From assembly GCA_963816275.1 (NCBI GenBank), contig CAWFJU010000005.1:157900-221899 (forward strand): a stretch of 64,000 nt of DNA, in the 5' to 3' direction. Shown piece after piece: positions 38,645 to 49,790 of this stretch; position 1 is the first letter of the stretch; each line of letters starts with the position of its first letter. Source of the stretch: an uncultured Actinomycetes bacterium (lineage in GTDB: Bacteria > Actinomycetota > UBA4738 > HRBIN12). The position numbers and the translations under genes are program-made. Under the pieces are notes generated by a model, which did no database searches, was not told the origin of the DNA, and worked only from the letters and a program-made list of their open reading frames with translations.

Positions 38645-39880
38645 ATGCCTGAGCTCGCGATCAACGGTGGGACGCCCGTGCGCGCCACGTCGTACCCGGC
38701 ATGGCCGGCCCCCGACGAGGAGTACGTCGAGGCGGTCGTCGAGGTGGTACGCAGCGGTGAGTGGGGCGGGTTCCCCGAGCCCGGACTGAACGCCGGCACC
38801 TTCGAGGAAGCGTTCGCCGCGTACCAGGGCGCGCGGCACGGGGTTCTGATGATGAACGGCACGGTCACGATGGAGGTCGCCTGCAAGGCGCTCGATATCG
38901 GTTGGGGCGACGAGGTCATCGTGCCGGCCCTCACGTTCGCCGCCACCGCCTACGCGCCGATGGCCGCCGGCGCACTGCCGGTGATCGTCGACGTCCTACC
39001 CGAGACGTGGTGCATCGACCCCGACGCCGTCGAGGCCGCGATCACGCCGCGCACGAAGGCCATCATCCCGGTGCACCTCGGTCACCAGATGGCTGACATG
39101 GATCGGATCATGTCGATCGCGGCGGCGCACGGCCTGGCCGTGATCGAGGACTGCGCCCACGCCCATGGACAGCAGTGGCGCGGGCAGGGCGCAGGCTGCA
39201 TCGGGGACTTCGGGTCGTTCAGCCACCAGTCCTCGAAGATCCTGACGTCGGGCGAGGGCGGCACGCTGCTCACGAACGACGACGCCCTCGCTCGACGGGC
39301 GCACTCGATCATCGACTGCGGCCGCGCCAAGGATCCCGAGGAGAAGGAGTTCACGTTCGGGGCGAACTACCGACTCAGCGAGCTGAACGCCGCCCTCCTC
39401 GTCGTCGCGATGCGACGGTTCCCCGCGCAGCAGGAGGCTCGCGCCCTCGCGGGCAGGACGTTCGAGGCGATGGCGGCCGAGATCCCCGGCGTCCGCGTGA
39501 TGCCGCACGACGACCGCATCACGCGGTGGAGCTTCTACAACTACGTGATCGCGATCGACCCGGAGGTATTCGACGGCGCGACGAACGGGACCGTGGCCGC
39601 CGCGATGGAGGCCGAGGGGATCCCGGCCGAGGTGCAGTACCCCTCGATGAACCGGTACGAGCTGTTCCAGCCGGCGCTCTCGAGGTTGCCCGTCGCGGTC
39701 GAGCACGCCGATCGCCTGGATCCCCAGCGCATGTCGTTCCCGGTGGCCGAGGCGGCGGGGCAACGGGAGTCGATCTACTTCATGGAGAACGTCTTCCGCG
39801 ACGGCGAGCGAGGCATCCACGACGCCGCGGACGCGCTCGCCAAGATCCAGCGGCACGCGGCGGAACTGCCGCACGCCTGA
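38645..39880 (+). CDS. DegT/DnrJ/EryC1/StrS-family PLP-dependent sugar aminotransferase/dehydratase
   Basis: 411 aa from ATG 38645 (MPELAINGGTPVR...). The fold-type I pattern is present, with the catalytic Lys region FSFHQSSKILTSGEGG. Confidence 0.9.
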   Translation: MPELAINGGTPVRATSYPAWPAPDEEYVEAVVEVVRSGEWGGFPEPGLNAGTFEEAFAAYQGARHGVLMMNGTVTMEVACKALDIGWGDEVIVPALTFAATAYAPMAAGALPVIVDVLPETWCIDPDAVEAAITPRTKAIIPVHLGHQMADMDRIMSIAAAHGLAVIEDCAHAHGQQWRGQGAGCIGDFGSFSHQSSKILTSGEGGTLLTNDDALARRAHSIIDCGRAKDPEEKEFTFGANYRLSELNAALLVVAMRRFPAQQEARALAGRTFEAMAAEIPGVRVMPHDDRITRWSFYNYVIAIDPEVFDGATNGTVAAAMEAEGIPAEVQYPSMNRYELFQPALSRLPVAVEHADRLDPQRMSFPVAEAAGQRESIYFMENVFRDGERGIHDAADALAKIQRHAAELPHA

Positions 39881-39888
39881 CGACGACG

Positions 39889-40356
39889 TCAGCGGACCGG
39901 GATCTCGATCTCGGTGACGAAGTCGGCCGGGTCCGGCGTGACCTGGGGATCGGTCAGGTACACCTCGCGTGGGGGTCCGTCGACCACGAGACGCTGCGCG
40001 TCGATCCAATCGGTCAACGCCTCGTAGGCGGAGCCGACGTCCTCGAACGACCCTCGGTGGATGGTCGCGGCCATCGCCGCGCCAGGCATCTCGGTCACCA
40101 CGATCTCGTCGTCGCCCGGGAACGAGTACCCCACCGGCACGCACACCTCGAACTCAGCGTGCTCGTCGGGCTCGCCGACGTGGTCGTACACGATGAACGG
40201 GGGACCCACGGTCTCGGCGTCCACGGCGTGCAGCCTCGCGTTGATCGTCACGAACGCCTCGCGGATCGCCGGCCCGATCTCGGCCATCATCGTGTGCCGG
40301 CGCAGGCGAGCGACGTGTCGCGGCGGCACCCGCTTGATCGTCATCTCGTACTTCAT
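39889..40356 (-). CDS. GyrI-like effector-binding domain protein
   Basis: 155-aa ORF. The sequence KRVPPRHVARLRRH...GPPFIVYDH...EVCVPV...REVYLTDP is typical of the GyrI-like/AraC-E-binding fold. Confidence 0.8.
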   Translation of the reverse strand: MKYEMTIKRVPPRHVARLRRHTMMAEIGPAIREAFVTINARLHAVDAETVGPPFIVYDHVGEPDEHAEFEVCVPVGYSFPGDDEIVVTEMPGAAMAATIHRGSFEDVGSAYEALTDWIDAQRLVVDGPPREVYLTDPQVTPDPADFVTEIEIPVR

Positions 40357-40425
40357 GAGGGCCTCCTCAGTCCGCTCACCGCCAGCGTGGCCGCCCTGGC
40401 CGGCGACGGGTGGGGTCGGAGGACC

Positions 40426-41700
40426 TCAGGAGACCGGGTAGAACCGCGGGAGGAGGTCCCGATTCGCCTCGAGGAGCTCCGCCAGGAGCGGCACGGCGAC
40501 GTCGTACTGGCCGACGAGGGGGTTCGTCATGAGCGCGCGCAGCGCCACGGCTCGGTCGCCCGACATCGCGGCTTCGATCGTGAGCCGCTCGTACCCCTTC
40601 GCATGCTCGACCAGCGCCAGCATGTCGGGCGCGAGGGGCGCGACCGGCAGGGGGTGCGCCCCGTCGCGGTCGATCGTCGCCGCGATCTCGACCACGTCGT
40701 CGGCCGGCAGGTTCGGGATCGCGCCCTCGTTCCGCAGGTTCACCACCTGCACGTCGCCCGTCCCGGCGTGGAGGGAGGCCACCAGGGCCGCCGCTGCGTC
40801 CGAGTAGAACGCCCCGCCCCGCTCCTCGAGGAGCTTCGGCTTCGTGTCGAGCGCCGGGTCCCGGTAGAGCTCGAGCAGGCCCTCCTCGATCTCCATGACC
40901 TCCTCCGCGCGGGTGCGGGCGGTCCGCTGCTGCTCGATCACCCGATCCGCGAGGTAGTAGTAGTGCAGGTAGTAGCTGGGGATCGCGCCGATCGACCGGA
41001 TCAGCTCGGCCGGCATGTCGGTTTCGTCGGCCACCAGGTCGATCGCCTGGTCGAAGATCTCCGGGAGGCGATCGACCCCGTCGACGAGCACCTTGCGCTC
41101 CCACGTGAGGTGGTTCAGCCCAACGTGCTCGAGCTGAACGCGATCGGGCTCGACCCCGAAGTACGACGCGAACCGACGCTGGAAACCGATCGCGACGTTG
41201 CACAGCCCGATCGCGCGGTGTCCCGCGTCCAGCAGGGCCTGCGTCACCAGCCCGGTCGGGTTCGTGAAGTCCACGAACCAGGCGCCCGGGGCGCCCCGCT
41301 CGGCGGTGAGGTCGGCGAGCTCGAGGACCACCGGCACGGTGCGGAGCGCCTTCGCGAACCCGCCCGGCCCCGTGGTCTCTTGGCCGATGCAGCCGTGCCG
41401 CGGAGGGATCGTCTCGTCCCGGTAGCGCGCCGCCTGCTGTCCGACGCGGAGCTGCACGATCACGAAGTCCGCGCCCTCGATCGCCTCGACCCGGTCCTCC
41501 GTGAGCCTCAGACGTCCGCCCCAGCCCGCCCGACGCATCATCCGCTCGGCGAGCGCGCCGACGATCCCGAGGCGTTCTGGGTCGACGTCAAGGAGCACCA
41601 GCTCGTCGACGGGGAGCCGCTCTCCTCGCGTGACGAAGCCCTCAACCAGCTCCGGCGTGTACGTACTTCCGCCGCCGACGACCGCGACCTTCACACCCAT
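40426..41700 (-). CDS. Glycoside hydrolase family 4 (6-phospho-beta-glucosidase / ChbF-like)
   Basis: 424 aa from ATG 41700 (MGVKVAVVGGGSTYTPELVEG..., FVDFTNPTG, GLCNVAIG, NHLTW). The NAD-binding GGGS motif is typical of GH4. Confidence 0.9.
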   Translation of the reverse strand: MGVKVAVVGGGSTYTPELVEGFVTRGERLPVDELVLLDVDPERLGIVGALAERMMRRAGWGGRLRLTEDRVEAIEGADFVIVQLRVGQQAARYRDETIPPRHGCIGQETTGPGGFAKALRTVPVVLELADLTAERGAPGAWFVDFTNPTGLVTQALLDAGHRAIGLCNVAIGFQRRFASYFGVEPDRVQLEHVGLNHLTWERKVLVDGVDRLPEIFDQAIDLVADETDMPAELIRSIGAIPSYYLHYYYLADRVIEQQRTARTRAEEVMEIEEGLLELYRDPALDTKPKLLEERGGAFYSDAAAALVASLHAGTGDVQVVNLRNEGAIPNLPADDVVEIAATIDRDGAHPLPVAPLAPDMLALVEHAKGYERLTIEAAMSGDRAVALRALMTNPLVGQYDVAVPLLAELLEANRDLLPRFYPVS

Positions 41701-41744
41701 GCCACCCACCTTCACAGCCGGTCCATCCGCATCGTACACTCGCG

Positions 41745-42818
41745 ATGATGAAATCGTTAGGAAAGTTTCCTGACCCATTCATCGCCGAGATCTCGGGCCA
41801 GCCCGACGCGCTGCGGCGCGCCGCGGCGGGGCTCCTCGCCGACCTCGAGACCCTCCGCTCGATCGCCCGCGCCGCCGACGGACGGAGCATCGTCTTCACG
41901 GGGATGGGGTCGTCGTACGACGCCTGCTACCCGGCCGTGACCGAGCTCGCCCAGGCCGGGATCGCCGCCACGATGCTGGATGCGGCGGAGCTGCTGCACT
42001 TCCGCATGGCGATCCTCGAGCACGACGCCCTGCTCGTCGCGGTCAGTCAATCAGGTGAAAGCGCCGAGGTGGTGCGGGTCGTCGAGGGCGTGCGGACCGA
42101 CGCTCGGTCGCCGGTCGTGGTCGTCGTCACGAACGGGACCGAGAACTCGCTCGCGCACGCCGCCGACCACGTGCTCGACACGTGTGCCGGCCCCGAGACC
42201 GGCCCGTCGACGATGACCTTCGCCTCCTCGCTCGTGACGGTCGCCGCGCTCGGTCGAGTGCTGGCTCGCGAGGATCCGGCGATCGTCCGCGACCGGCTCG
42301 ACCGCGAGGCGGGTCTCGCCGCGCGCGCGATCGAGCGACTCCTGACCGAACCGGGGCTCGCCGACGAGCTCGCCGACTGGTTCGGGGAGCCCGACACCGC
42401 CGTGATCCTCGGCCGTGGGCCTGCGCGGGCGGCCGCGGAGATGGGCGCGCTCACCGTCAAGGAGGCCGTCGGGATCCCGATCGAGTCGCTCCAGACCGCG
42501 CAGTTCCGGCACGGGCCGCTGGAGCTCGTCGGCCCCGGGTTGGCCGCGATCGTGATCGCCACCGAGCCGGAGACCCTCGAGATCGACCTGGCGCTGACCG
42601 AGGAGCTCGCTCGAGCGGGATCCCGGGTCCTCCTGGTCACCGCCGAAGAGCGTTCCGTCCCCGGCGCGCGCTCGATCGCGACCGCCCGACTGGACCGCGC
42701 GGTGTGCCCGGCCGTCTCGATCGTGCCGATCCAGCTCTTGGCGTGGCGACTGGCGGCGCGTCACGGACGCGAGCCGGGCGCGTACTACCGTGCCACCAAG
42801 GTGACCACGCATGAGTAG
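41745..42818 (+). CDS. SIS-domain sugar-phosphate isomerase/deaminase (GlmS C-terminal-like, AgaS/FrlB/NagB-II type)
   Basis: 357-aa ORF with two SIS repeats (FTGMGSSYDACY..., LLVAVSQSGESAE...). Confidence 0.9.
   Translation: MMKSLGKFPDPFIAEISGQPDALRRAAAGLLADLETLRSIARAADGRSIVFTGMGSSYDACYPAVTELAQAGIAATMLDAAELLHFRMAILEHDALLVAVSQSGESAEVVRVVEGVRTDARSPVVVVVTNGTENSLAHAADHVLDTCAGPETGPSTMTFASSLVTVAALGRVLAREDPAIVRDRLDREAGLAARAIERLLTEPGLADELADWFGEPDTAVILGRGPARAAAEMGALTVKEAVGIPIESLQTAQFRHGPLELVGPGLAAIVIATEPETLEIDLALTEELARAGSRVLLVTAEERSVPGARSIATARLDRAVCPAVSIVPIQLLAWRLAARHGREPGAYYRATKVTTHE
41756..41771. promoter_or_regulatory. Palindromic operator candidate (GTT)AGGAAAGTTTCCT, site 2
   Basis: It lies between the divergent GH4 gene (start 41700) and the SIS gene (ORF start 41745), and overlaps the first codons of the latter. 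It is a 16-nt identity with site 1. Confidence 0.6.
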
Positions 42819-43425
42819 CCCGCTCCGGGTGGCGCTGACCTTCGACGCCGAACACCCTGACCGGCCGTGGTGCCCGCCGGGCAACGCCGAACGGATCCTC
42901 GACACGCTCAAGGATCACGGGGTCAGGGCGACGTTCTTCGTCCAGGGGCGGTGGGCGCAGTCACAGCCCGCGGCCGCCCGCCGGATCGCCGAGGAAGGTC
43001 ACCTGGTCGGGCACCATTCCCACTATCACGCGCGGATGCCGCTCCTGTCCGACGACGGGCTCGACGAGGACCTCGCCGACGGACAGGCGGCGATCGTGCG
43101 CGCGACCGGATCCGACCCGCGGCCGTGGTTCCGGTGTCCGTTCGGGGCCGGCCACGACGACACCCGGGTGCTCGGGAGGATCGAGGCCGCCGGGTACCGC
43201 GACGTCCACTGGGATGTCGAGCTCGATGACTGGGAGGCGCATCGGACCGGCGAGGCGATCGCGACCGACTGTCTCGAGGGCGTGCGGACCCACGGCGACG
43301 GCGCGGTCGTGCTGCTCCACACCTGGCCGGGAGGCACGGGCGAGGCGGTCGGGCCGATCGTCACGGGTCTGCTCGGACTCGGCGCCCGCTTCGTGGGGAT
43401 CGACGAACTGGAGCGACTCCCGTGA
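42811..43425 (+). CDS. Polysaccharide/oligosaccharide deacetylase (NodB homology domain)
   Basis: 204-aa ORF with NodB motifs (LTFDAEH, HLVGHHSHYH, RCPFG). It overlaps the upstream stop. Confidence 0.9.
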   Translation: MSSPLRVALTFDAEHPDRPWCPPGNAERILDTLKDHGVRATFFVQGRWAQSQPAAARRIAEEGHLVGHHSHYHARMPLLSDDGLDEDLADGQAAIVRATGSDPRPWFRCPFGAGHDDTRVLGRIEAAGYRDVHWDVELDDWEAHRTGEAIATDCLEGVRTHGDGAVVLLHTWPGGTGEAVGPIVTGLLGLGARFVGIDELERLP

Positions 43426-44441
43426 GCCGGCGTCCGGCGATCCTGGCCGTCGACGGGGGCGGCTCGAAGATGGATGCGGTCCTCGTGCGACGAGACGGGA
43501 CGGTGCTCGGCGCCGCGAGGATCCCGGCCGGTGACTTCGGGCTGAGCGGCGGCGAGGCGCACATGAGCCAGGTGATCGACGCCGTCGTCGCTGCGTGTGC
43601 CGACGCCGGGGTGAGCCTCGAACGCTTCCCGGTCGCCGACCTCGGCGTCTACTGCCTCGCCGGGGCTGACCTCCCGGTCGACGACCGGCGGATCGCCCGG
43701 TGGCTCCGCGCCCGACGGGTGACGGGCGACGACATCATCCGCAACGACACCTTCGCGGTACTGCGGGCCGGCACCGACCGCACCTGGGGCGTCGGCGTCG
43801 TCTGCGGTTTCGGCACGAATTGCTCCGGGGTGTCGTCCGACGGCCGGATCACGCGGTTCCCGTCGGTCGGACCGATCTCGGGCGACTGGGGAGGCGGGTC
43901 AGACATCGGCGGGGCGGGCCTGTGGTACGCGATCCGCGCCGAGGACGGCCGCGGCGAGAAGACGACGCTGACCCGGCTCGTCCCCGAACACTTCGGCCTC
44001 CGCCGGCCCAAGCAGGTGCTCGAAGCCCTCTACCTCGACCGGATCGACGAGACGCGGGTCGCCGAACTCGCCCCCGTGGTGTTCCGCGCCGCGACGGACG
44101 GCGACCCGATCGCCCGGAGCATCGTCGACCGCCAGGCCGACGAGATCGTGGCGCTGGCCGGCACGGCGATCAAGCGACTCCGGATGGCCACGCTCGACGT
44201 GCACGTCGTGCTCGGGGGCGGGATCTTCCGGAACGACGACGACGCGTTCTTCGCACGGATCGACGAGGGGCTCCGAGCCGTCGCCCCCGCCGCGCATACA
44301 CACGTCCTGAGCGCCCCGCCGGTCCTCGGCGCGGCCCTGATGGGACTCGACCACCTCGGGGCGGGCGCCGCCGCCCAGCGCCGGCTCCGCCGCACCTTGA
44401 CCCATGACCGGCTCACCGCCCACACTCACCCGCGACCATAA
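43422..44441 (+). CDS. BadF/BadG/BcrA/BcrD-type ATPase (N-acetylglucosamine/glucosamine kinase-like)
   Basis: 339-aa ORF (ILAVDGGGSKMDAVL..., GFGTNCSG, WGGGSDIG). It overlaps the upstream stop by 4 nt. Confidence 0.85.
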   Translation: MSRRPAILAVDGGGSKMDAVLVRRDGTVLGAARIPAGDFGLSGGEAHMSQVIDAVVAACADAGVSLERFPVADLGVYCLAGADLPVDDRRIARWLRARRVTGDDIIRNDTFAVLRAGTDRTWGVGVVCGFGTNCSGVSSDGRITRFPSVGPISGDWGGGSDIGGAGLWYAIRAEDGRGEKTTLTRLVPEHFGLRRPKQVLEALYLDRIDETRVAELAPVVFRAATDGDPIARSIVDRQADEIVALAGTAIKRLRMATLDVHVVLGGGIFRNDDDAFFARIDEGLRAVAPAAHTHVLSAPPVLGAALMGLDHLGAGAAAQRRLRRTLTHDRLTAHTHPRP

Positions 44442-44450
44442 GGAGCTCCG

Positions 44451-45644
<1,194 letters not shown>

Positions 45645-45647
45645 GCC

Positions 45648-46772
45648 TCAGGCGCTACGGCCGGGGCGGATCTCCTCGCCGTCGGCGGGCAGCCAGCACT
45701 CGACGAGCGTCCCGTCCCCGGGCGCGCTCGTGATACGGCACCAGCCCCCCACGAGCTCGGCCCGTTCGATCATCGTCGAGAGGCCGATGTGCCCGGGCAA
45801 TGGCTCGTCGACGCTCGAGGGGTCGAACCCCGTTCCATCGTCCCGCACGCGGAGATCGACGCCGTCGCCGACGGTCGCGACCTGCACTGTCACACGGCCG
45901 GCCCGTGCATGCTTGCGGGCATTCGTCACCGCCTCCTGCGCCATTCGGTAGAGGGCGGCGCGGAGATCGGGGGCGGGCTCCCCGGTCAGCTCGTCGACGA
46001 CCTCGACCTCCCATCCCGTCTCGCGGGCCGTGTGATCGAGGTATTGACGGAGGGCCACCACCAGACCCTCGCGGTCCAGCGCACCGGGACGCAGCTCGAA
46101 CAGCAGCGAGCGCAGGCGATCGATCGATCGTCCCACGGTCTCGTGGAGCTCCGTCAGCTCGCGCGCCCCCATCGCCTCGCCCGAGGCGGCGAGCGTCTGG
46201 AGGCGGAGGTCGATCGCGCTCATCACCTGGATCGGATCGTCGTGGATGTCGGCCGCGATCCGTCGACGCTCCTCCTCCTGGGCATGCTCGAGCCGCTGCG
46301 CGAGCTCTCGTCGCTGCTGGATCGTCCGCCGGAGTACGTCGAGGCTCCATCGGAGCTTGTCTTCGGCCTCCTTCTGGGCGCTGATGTCGACCATGACGCC
46401 CTGCCAGTACGCCGGTCTGCCGGCGTCGTCGAGGACGGGCGCGGCCTCGTCGCGGATCCACACGACGTGTCCGTCCCTGGCGAACATCCGGTACTCGGCG
46501 AAGAACCGATCCCCCGCCTCGTTCGACCGCCGGTTCTCGGCGAGCACGGCGGCGACGTCATCGGGATGGATCTTCTCGACCCAGAAGTCCGTGCTCGCGC
46601 CCCACTCCTCCGCCGCGTACCCGAGGAGCGCCTCGGCCTGCGGGCTCATGTAGAAGTTCGTGGAGTACTCGTCGGGGCGATCGAGATACACGATCGCCGG
46701 GATGCCCTCGACCATCGCACGGTAGACCTCGAAGCCCTCCGGACCACCCGGCGTCGACGAGGCGGCGCTCAC
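45648..46772 (-). CDS. Cytoplasmic PAS-domain sensor histidine kinase (HisKA_3 + HATPase_c), no adjacent response regulator
   Basis: 374 aa from GTG 46772, which overlaps the upstream stop (GTGA). PAS (IHPDDV...FFAEYRMFARDGHVVWI), H-box (RRRIAADIHDDPIQ) and ATPase (AVTNARKHA...DDGTGF) are present. No TM segment is seen. Confidence 0.85.
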   Translation of the reverse strand: MSAASSTPGGPEGFEVYRAMVEGIPAIVYLDRPDEYSTNFYMSPQAEALLGYAAEEWGASTDFWVEKIHPDDVAAVLAENRRSNEAGDRFFAEYRMFARDGHVVWIRDEAAPVLDDAGRPAYWQGVMVDISAQKEAEDKLRWSLDVLRRTIQQRRELAQRLEHAQEEERRRIAADIHDDPIQVMSAIDLRLQTLAASGEAMGARELTELHETVGRSIDRLRSLLFELRPGALDREGLVVALRQYLDHTARETGWEVEVVDELTGEPAPDLRAALYRMAQEAVTNARKHARAGRVTVQVATVGDGVDLRVRDDGTGFDPSSVDEPLPGHIGLSTMIERAELVGGWCRITSAPGDGTLVECWLPADGEEIRPGRSA

Positions 46773-47929
46773 AGGCGCGCGATGATCCCCGCGAGCAACG
46801 CCACCCGAGGCGCGACGCTGCGGAGGTCGATCCACTCCGCCGGCGCGTGATCGTCACCGCCGATCGGTCCCAGACCGTCGATCGTGGGCGTGCCCGCCGC
46901 CGACGTCGTGTTCGCGTCGGAGGCGCCGCCGGTCGCGGCGTCCCGGAGGTCGAACCCGAGCTCAGCCGCGACCTCGATCGCGAGCGCCGCGAGCCGAGCG
47001 CCGCCCTCCCTCTTCTCCATGGGTCGGTGCCATCCGTTCCCTCGCACGTCGGTGACGACGTCGGGCACGACGTGGTCGGCCATGATCCGCTCGATCTCCG
47101 CTTCGGCCGCCTCGAGGGTCTCGAGCTCAGGGGAACGGAGGTCCACCTGGAGTTCACATCGCTCGGGCACCACGTTGCTTCGGGTACCCCCGCGCGCCAC
47201 GCCCACGTTCACGGTAACGCCGGGCCACCGGCCGTTCAGCGCCTGGAGCTCGATGACCTTGTGCGCTGCCTCCAGGAGCGCGTTGCGCCCCTTCTCCGGC
47301 TCGACGCCGGCATGGGCCGCTCGCCCGGTGATCGAGATCTCGTAGTCGGTGATCCCCTTGCGCGCGCTGACGATGTCGCCGTTGGCCCGCGCGCCCTCGA
47401 GCACGAACGCCGCGTCGTGCTGCGGCGCCAGTTCCCGGATCACCCGTCCGCTGAACGGGGAACCGATCTCCTCGTCGGGATTGCAGACGTAGGTGATCCT
47501 GCCGAACCCGTCGACACCTGCCTCCTGGAGCACCTCGACGGCGAACATCCCCGTCAGGAGCCCGGCCTTCATGTCCGAGACGCCCGGGCCGCGGGCCAGG
47601 TGCCCCTCGATCGCGAACGGACGCTCGGCGACGGTGCCGTCGTCGAAGACGGTGTCCATGTGACCGACGAGGAGGACCGCCGGCCCGCCGCGGCCATCCA
47701 ACGTCCCGATCACGAGGTCGCCCAGCCGGTCCTCACCAGGCCCGGGGGCGTGCGGCGTCCGTTGGACCGACCACCCCGCGGCCTCGAACCGGGCCTGGCA
47801 TCCATCCGCGATCTCGTTCACTCCCGAGGGCGAGTAGGAGCCGCAGTCGACGTTGACCATCCGCTCCAGGTCCGTCACGAACTCGTCGTAGCGCCGTTCG
47901 GCGATCGAGAGGAAGGCGTGCGCGTCCAC
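46769..47929 (-). CDS. M20-family metallopeptidase (carboxypeptidase G2-like)
   Basis: 386-aa ORF (LLVGHMDTVF, GPGVSDMKAG, NPDEEIGSP, GRAAHAG). Confidence 0.9.
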   Translation of the reverse strand: MDAHAFLSIAERRYDEFVTDLERMVNVDCGSYSPSGVNEIADGCQARFEAAGWSVQRTPHAPGPGEDRLGDLVIGTLDGRGGPAVLLVGHMDTVFDDGTVAERPFAIEGHLARGPGVSDMKAGLLTGMFAVEVLQEAGVDGFGRITYVCNPDEEIGSPFSGRVIRELAPQHDAAFVLEGARANGDIVSARKGITDYEISITGRAAHAGVEPEKGRNALLEAAHKVIELQALNGRWPGVTVNVGVARGGTRSNVVPERCELQVDLRSPELETLEAAEAEIERIMADHVVPDVVTDVRGNGWHRPMEKREGGARLAALAIEVAAELGFDLRDAATGGASDANTTSAAGTPTIDGLGPIGGDDHAPAEWIDLRSVAPRVALLAGIIARL

Positions 47930-47972
47930 GGCCCGACGCTAGCATGGCCACCTCGACCGAGCAGGAGGGCGG

Positions 47973-49100
47973 ATGGCACGCGAAGGGTCCGGCGCTGTGG
48001 TCGACCGAGCCGGCGGGACGATCTCGATGGAACCGATACAGATCGACGATCCCGGCCCGGGCGAGGTCCTCGTTCGGATCGCTGCGAGCGGCGTGTGCCA
48101 CAGCGACGTGTGGGCGATCGAGCACGGGAACTGGGGGGCTCCGTGGCCGATGCTGCTCGGGCATGAGGGCGCCGGAGTCGTGGACGCCGCGGGTGAAGGG
48201 GTCACGAACGTCGCGCCGGGCGATCGCGTCGTGATCGTGTGGGCGGCGCCGTGCGGGCGCTGTCGCCAGTGCCGCCGTGGGGTGCCCCGCCGGTGCAGTC
48301 ACGAGCTCGTCCAACCGCCGCGTGTGCGGCGACGCAGAGACGGAACGGTCCTCACGGGCGTGCTCAGCTGCGGCACGCTGGCGACGCACACCGTCGTCAC
48401 CGCCGCCCAGGTGGTACCGATGCCCGACGGGATCCCGCTCTCGCGTGCCTGCCTGCTCGGCTGCGGCGTCACGACCGGGGTCGGCGCCGCGATCCAGACC
48501 GCCAAGGTCTGGGCCGGCGCGACGGTCGCGGTGATCGGGCTCGGAGGGATCGGTCTCGCCGCCCTCCAAGGGGCAAGGATCGCGGGCGCCGAACGGCTGA
48601 TCGCGATCGACGTCGTCCCCGCGAAGCTGGCGTGGGCGGCTCGGTTCGGCGCCACCGACGTCGTGGACGCGACCGCCGAGGATCCGGTCGACGCGGTGCT
48701 CGCGCTCACGGACGGGGACGGCGTGGACGTCGCGTTCGAGGCCGTGGGGAACCCCGCCTGCGTTCGGCAGGCCGTGGAGATGCTGGCGTTCGCGGGCACC
48801 GCCGTGGCGATCGGCGTGCCGCCGGTGCCGAGCGACGTCACGCTCCCCTGGGCCGGATCGGATCGCGCCGCCTATCCGAACAAAGCCGGCCTATTGATCA
48901 CCGACGGCGGCGATCCGATCCCCGAGCGGGACCTCCCCGAGATGGCCGGTTGGTACGTCGACGGATCCCTCGACCTCGACGGCATGGTGACGCGCGAGGC
49001 GGGCCTCACCGAGGGCGACCTGGTCGAAGCCATCCGGGCGATGCTCGCCGGCGAGGTGATCCGGACCGTCGTGGTCTTGGACGGTGACGCCGCGGGGTAG
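47973..49100 (+). CDS. Zinc-dependent alcohol dehydrogenase family (class III-like)
   Basis: 375-aa ORF (GVCHSDVW, GHEGAGVV, CGRCRQC, Rossmann GLGGIGLAA). Confidence 0.9.
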   Translation: MAREGSGAVVDRAGGTISMEPIQIDDPGPGEVLVRIAASGVCHSDVWAIEHGNWGAPWPMLLGHEGAGVVDAAGEGVTNVAPGDRVVIVWAAPCGRCRQCRRGVPRRCSHELVQPPRVRRRRDGTVLTGVLSCGTLATHTVVTAAQVVPMPDGIPLSRACLLGCGVTTGVGAAIQTAKVWAGATVAVIGLGGIGLAALQGARIAGAERLIAIDVVPAKLAWAARFGATDVVDATAEDPVDAVLALTDGDGVDVAFEAVGNPACVRQAVEMLAFAGTAVAIGVPPVPSDVTLPWAGSDRAAYPNKAGLLITDGGDPIPERDLPEMAGWYVDGSLDLDGMVTREAGLTEGDLVEAIRAMLAGEVIRTVVVLDGDAAG

Positions 49101-49112
49101 CATCCCGGCGCG

Positions 49113-49790
49113 ATGCACGAGCCGACGGGCGGCGAGCGCCGCGAGATGAACTGGGTCTGGCTGATCGGCGCGCCGCTGGTACGCGCGCTGATCGGGCTGT
49201 TCTTCCGCCTGCGGATCGAAGGGGTGGAGCACGTGCCACGGAGCGGCCCGACGATCGTCGCCCCGAACCACATCAGCGTGCTCGATGGGCCGGCGGTGCT
49301 CGCGGTCGTGGGCACGCATCGGTGGCGAGCCACGAGGAGCTTGATCGCCTCGGAGATCTTCACCGGCGTGACCGGCTGGATCCTGCGGCAGGCGCGGCAG
49401 ATCCCGATCCGACGAGGCAGGGGCGACACCGGGGCGCTCGATGAGGCCGTGAACGCGGTCCTCGACGGAGCCTGTGTGGGTGTCTTCCCCGAGGGCCGGG
49501 TGAGCGACGACGCGAGCGCGGGGCTCCAGCGGATCCGGTCCGGACTCACACGCATCGCGATCCCGACCGGAGCACCGGTGATCCCCGTGGGCATCTGGGG
49601 GACCCACGAGGCGTGGCCGAAGCTCGGCCTCGACCGCGCGGCGCTGCAACGGCGCCCGCGCCTCGCGATCGTGTTCGGACCCCCCCTGATGCCCGCCGGT
49701 AGCACGCCCACCGAGTTCCGTGAGCGCTACCGGCTCGCCCTCGAGGCGCAGCTGGCGCGGGCGCAGGAACTGGCCGGGGAGGCCGTATGA
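49113..49790 (+). CDS. Lysophospholipid (1-acyl-sn-glycerol-3-phosphate) acyltransferase family
   Basis: 225-aa ORF with the HX4D motif (APNHISVLDG) and FPEGRVS. Confidence 0.85.
   Translation: MHEPTGGERREMNWVWLIGAPLVRALIGLFFRLRIEGVEHVPRSGPTIVAPNHISVLDGPAVLAVVGTHRWRATRSLIASEIFTGVTGWILRQARQIPIRRGRGDTGALDEAVNAVLDGACVGVFPEGRVSDDASAGLQRIRSGLTRIAIPTGAPVIPVGIWGTHEAWPKLGLDRAALQRRPRLAIVFGPPLMPAGSTPTEFRERYRLALEAQLARAQELAGEAV

Noticed and set aside
39175-41748. Very long alternate-frame or antisense ORFs. Examples are 39175..41748 (+, 857 aa), 2526..4157 (+), 10034..11869 (-), 24349..25815 (-), 25834..27318 (-), 27468..29180 (+), 55825..57354 (-) and 56667..58598 (+).
   Set aside because: Their translations are Arg/Pro/Gly/Asp-rich and low in complexity, with no family signatures. 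They overlap genes with clear homology-type sequence on the other strand or frame. This is the typical stop-codon-poor shadow ORF of GC-rich DNA.
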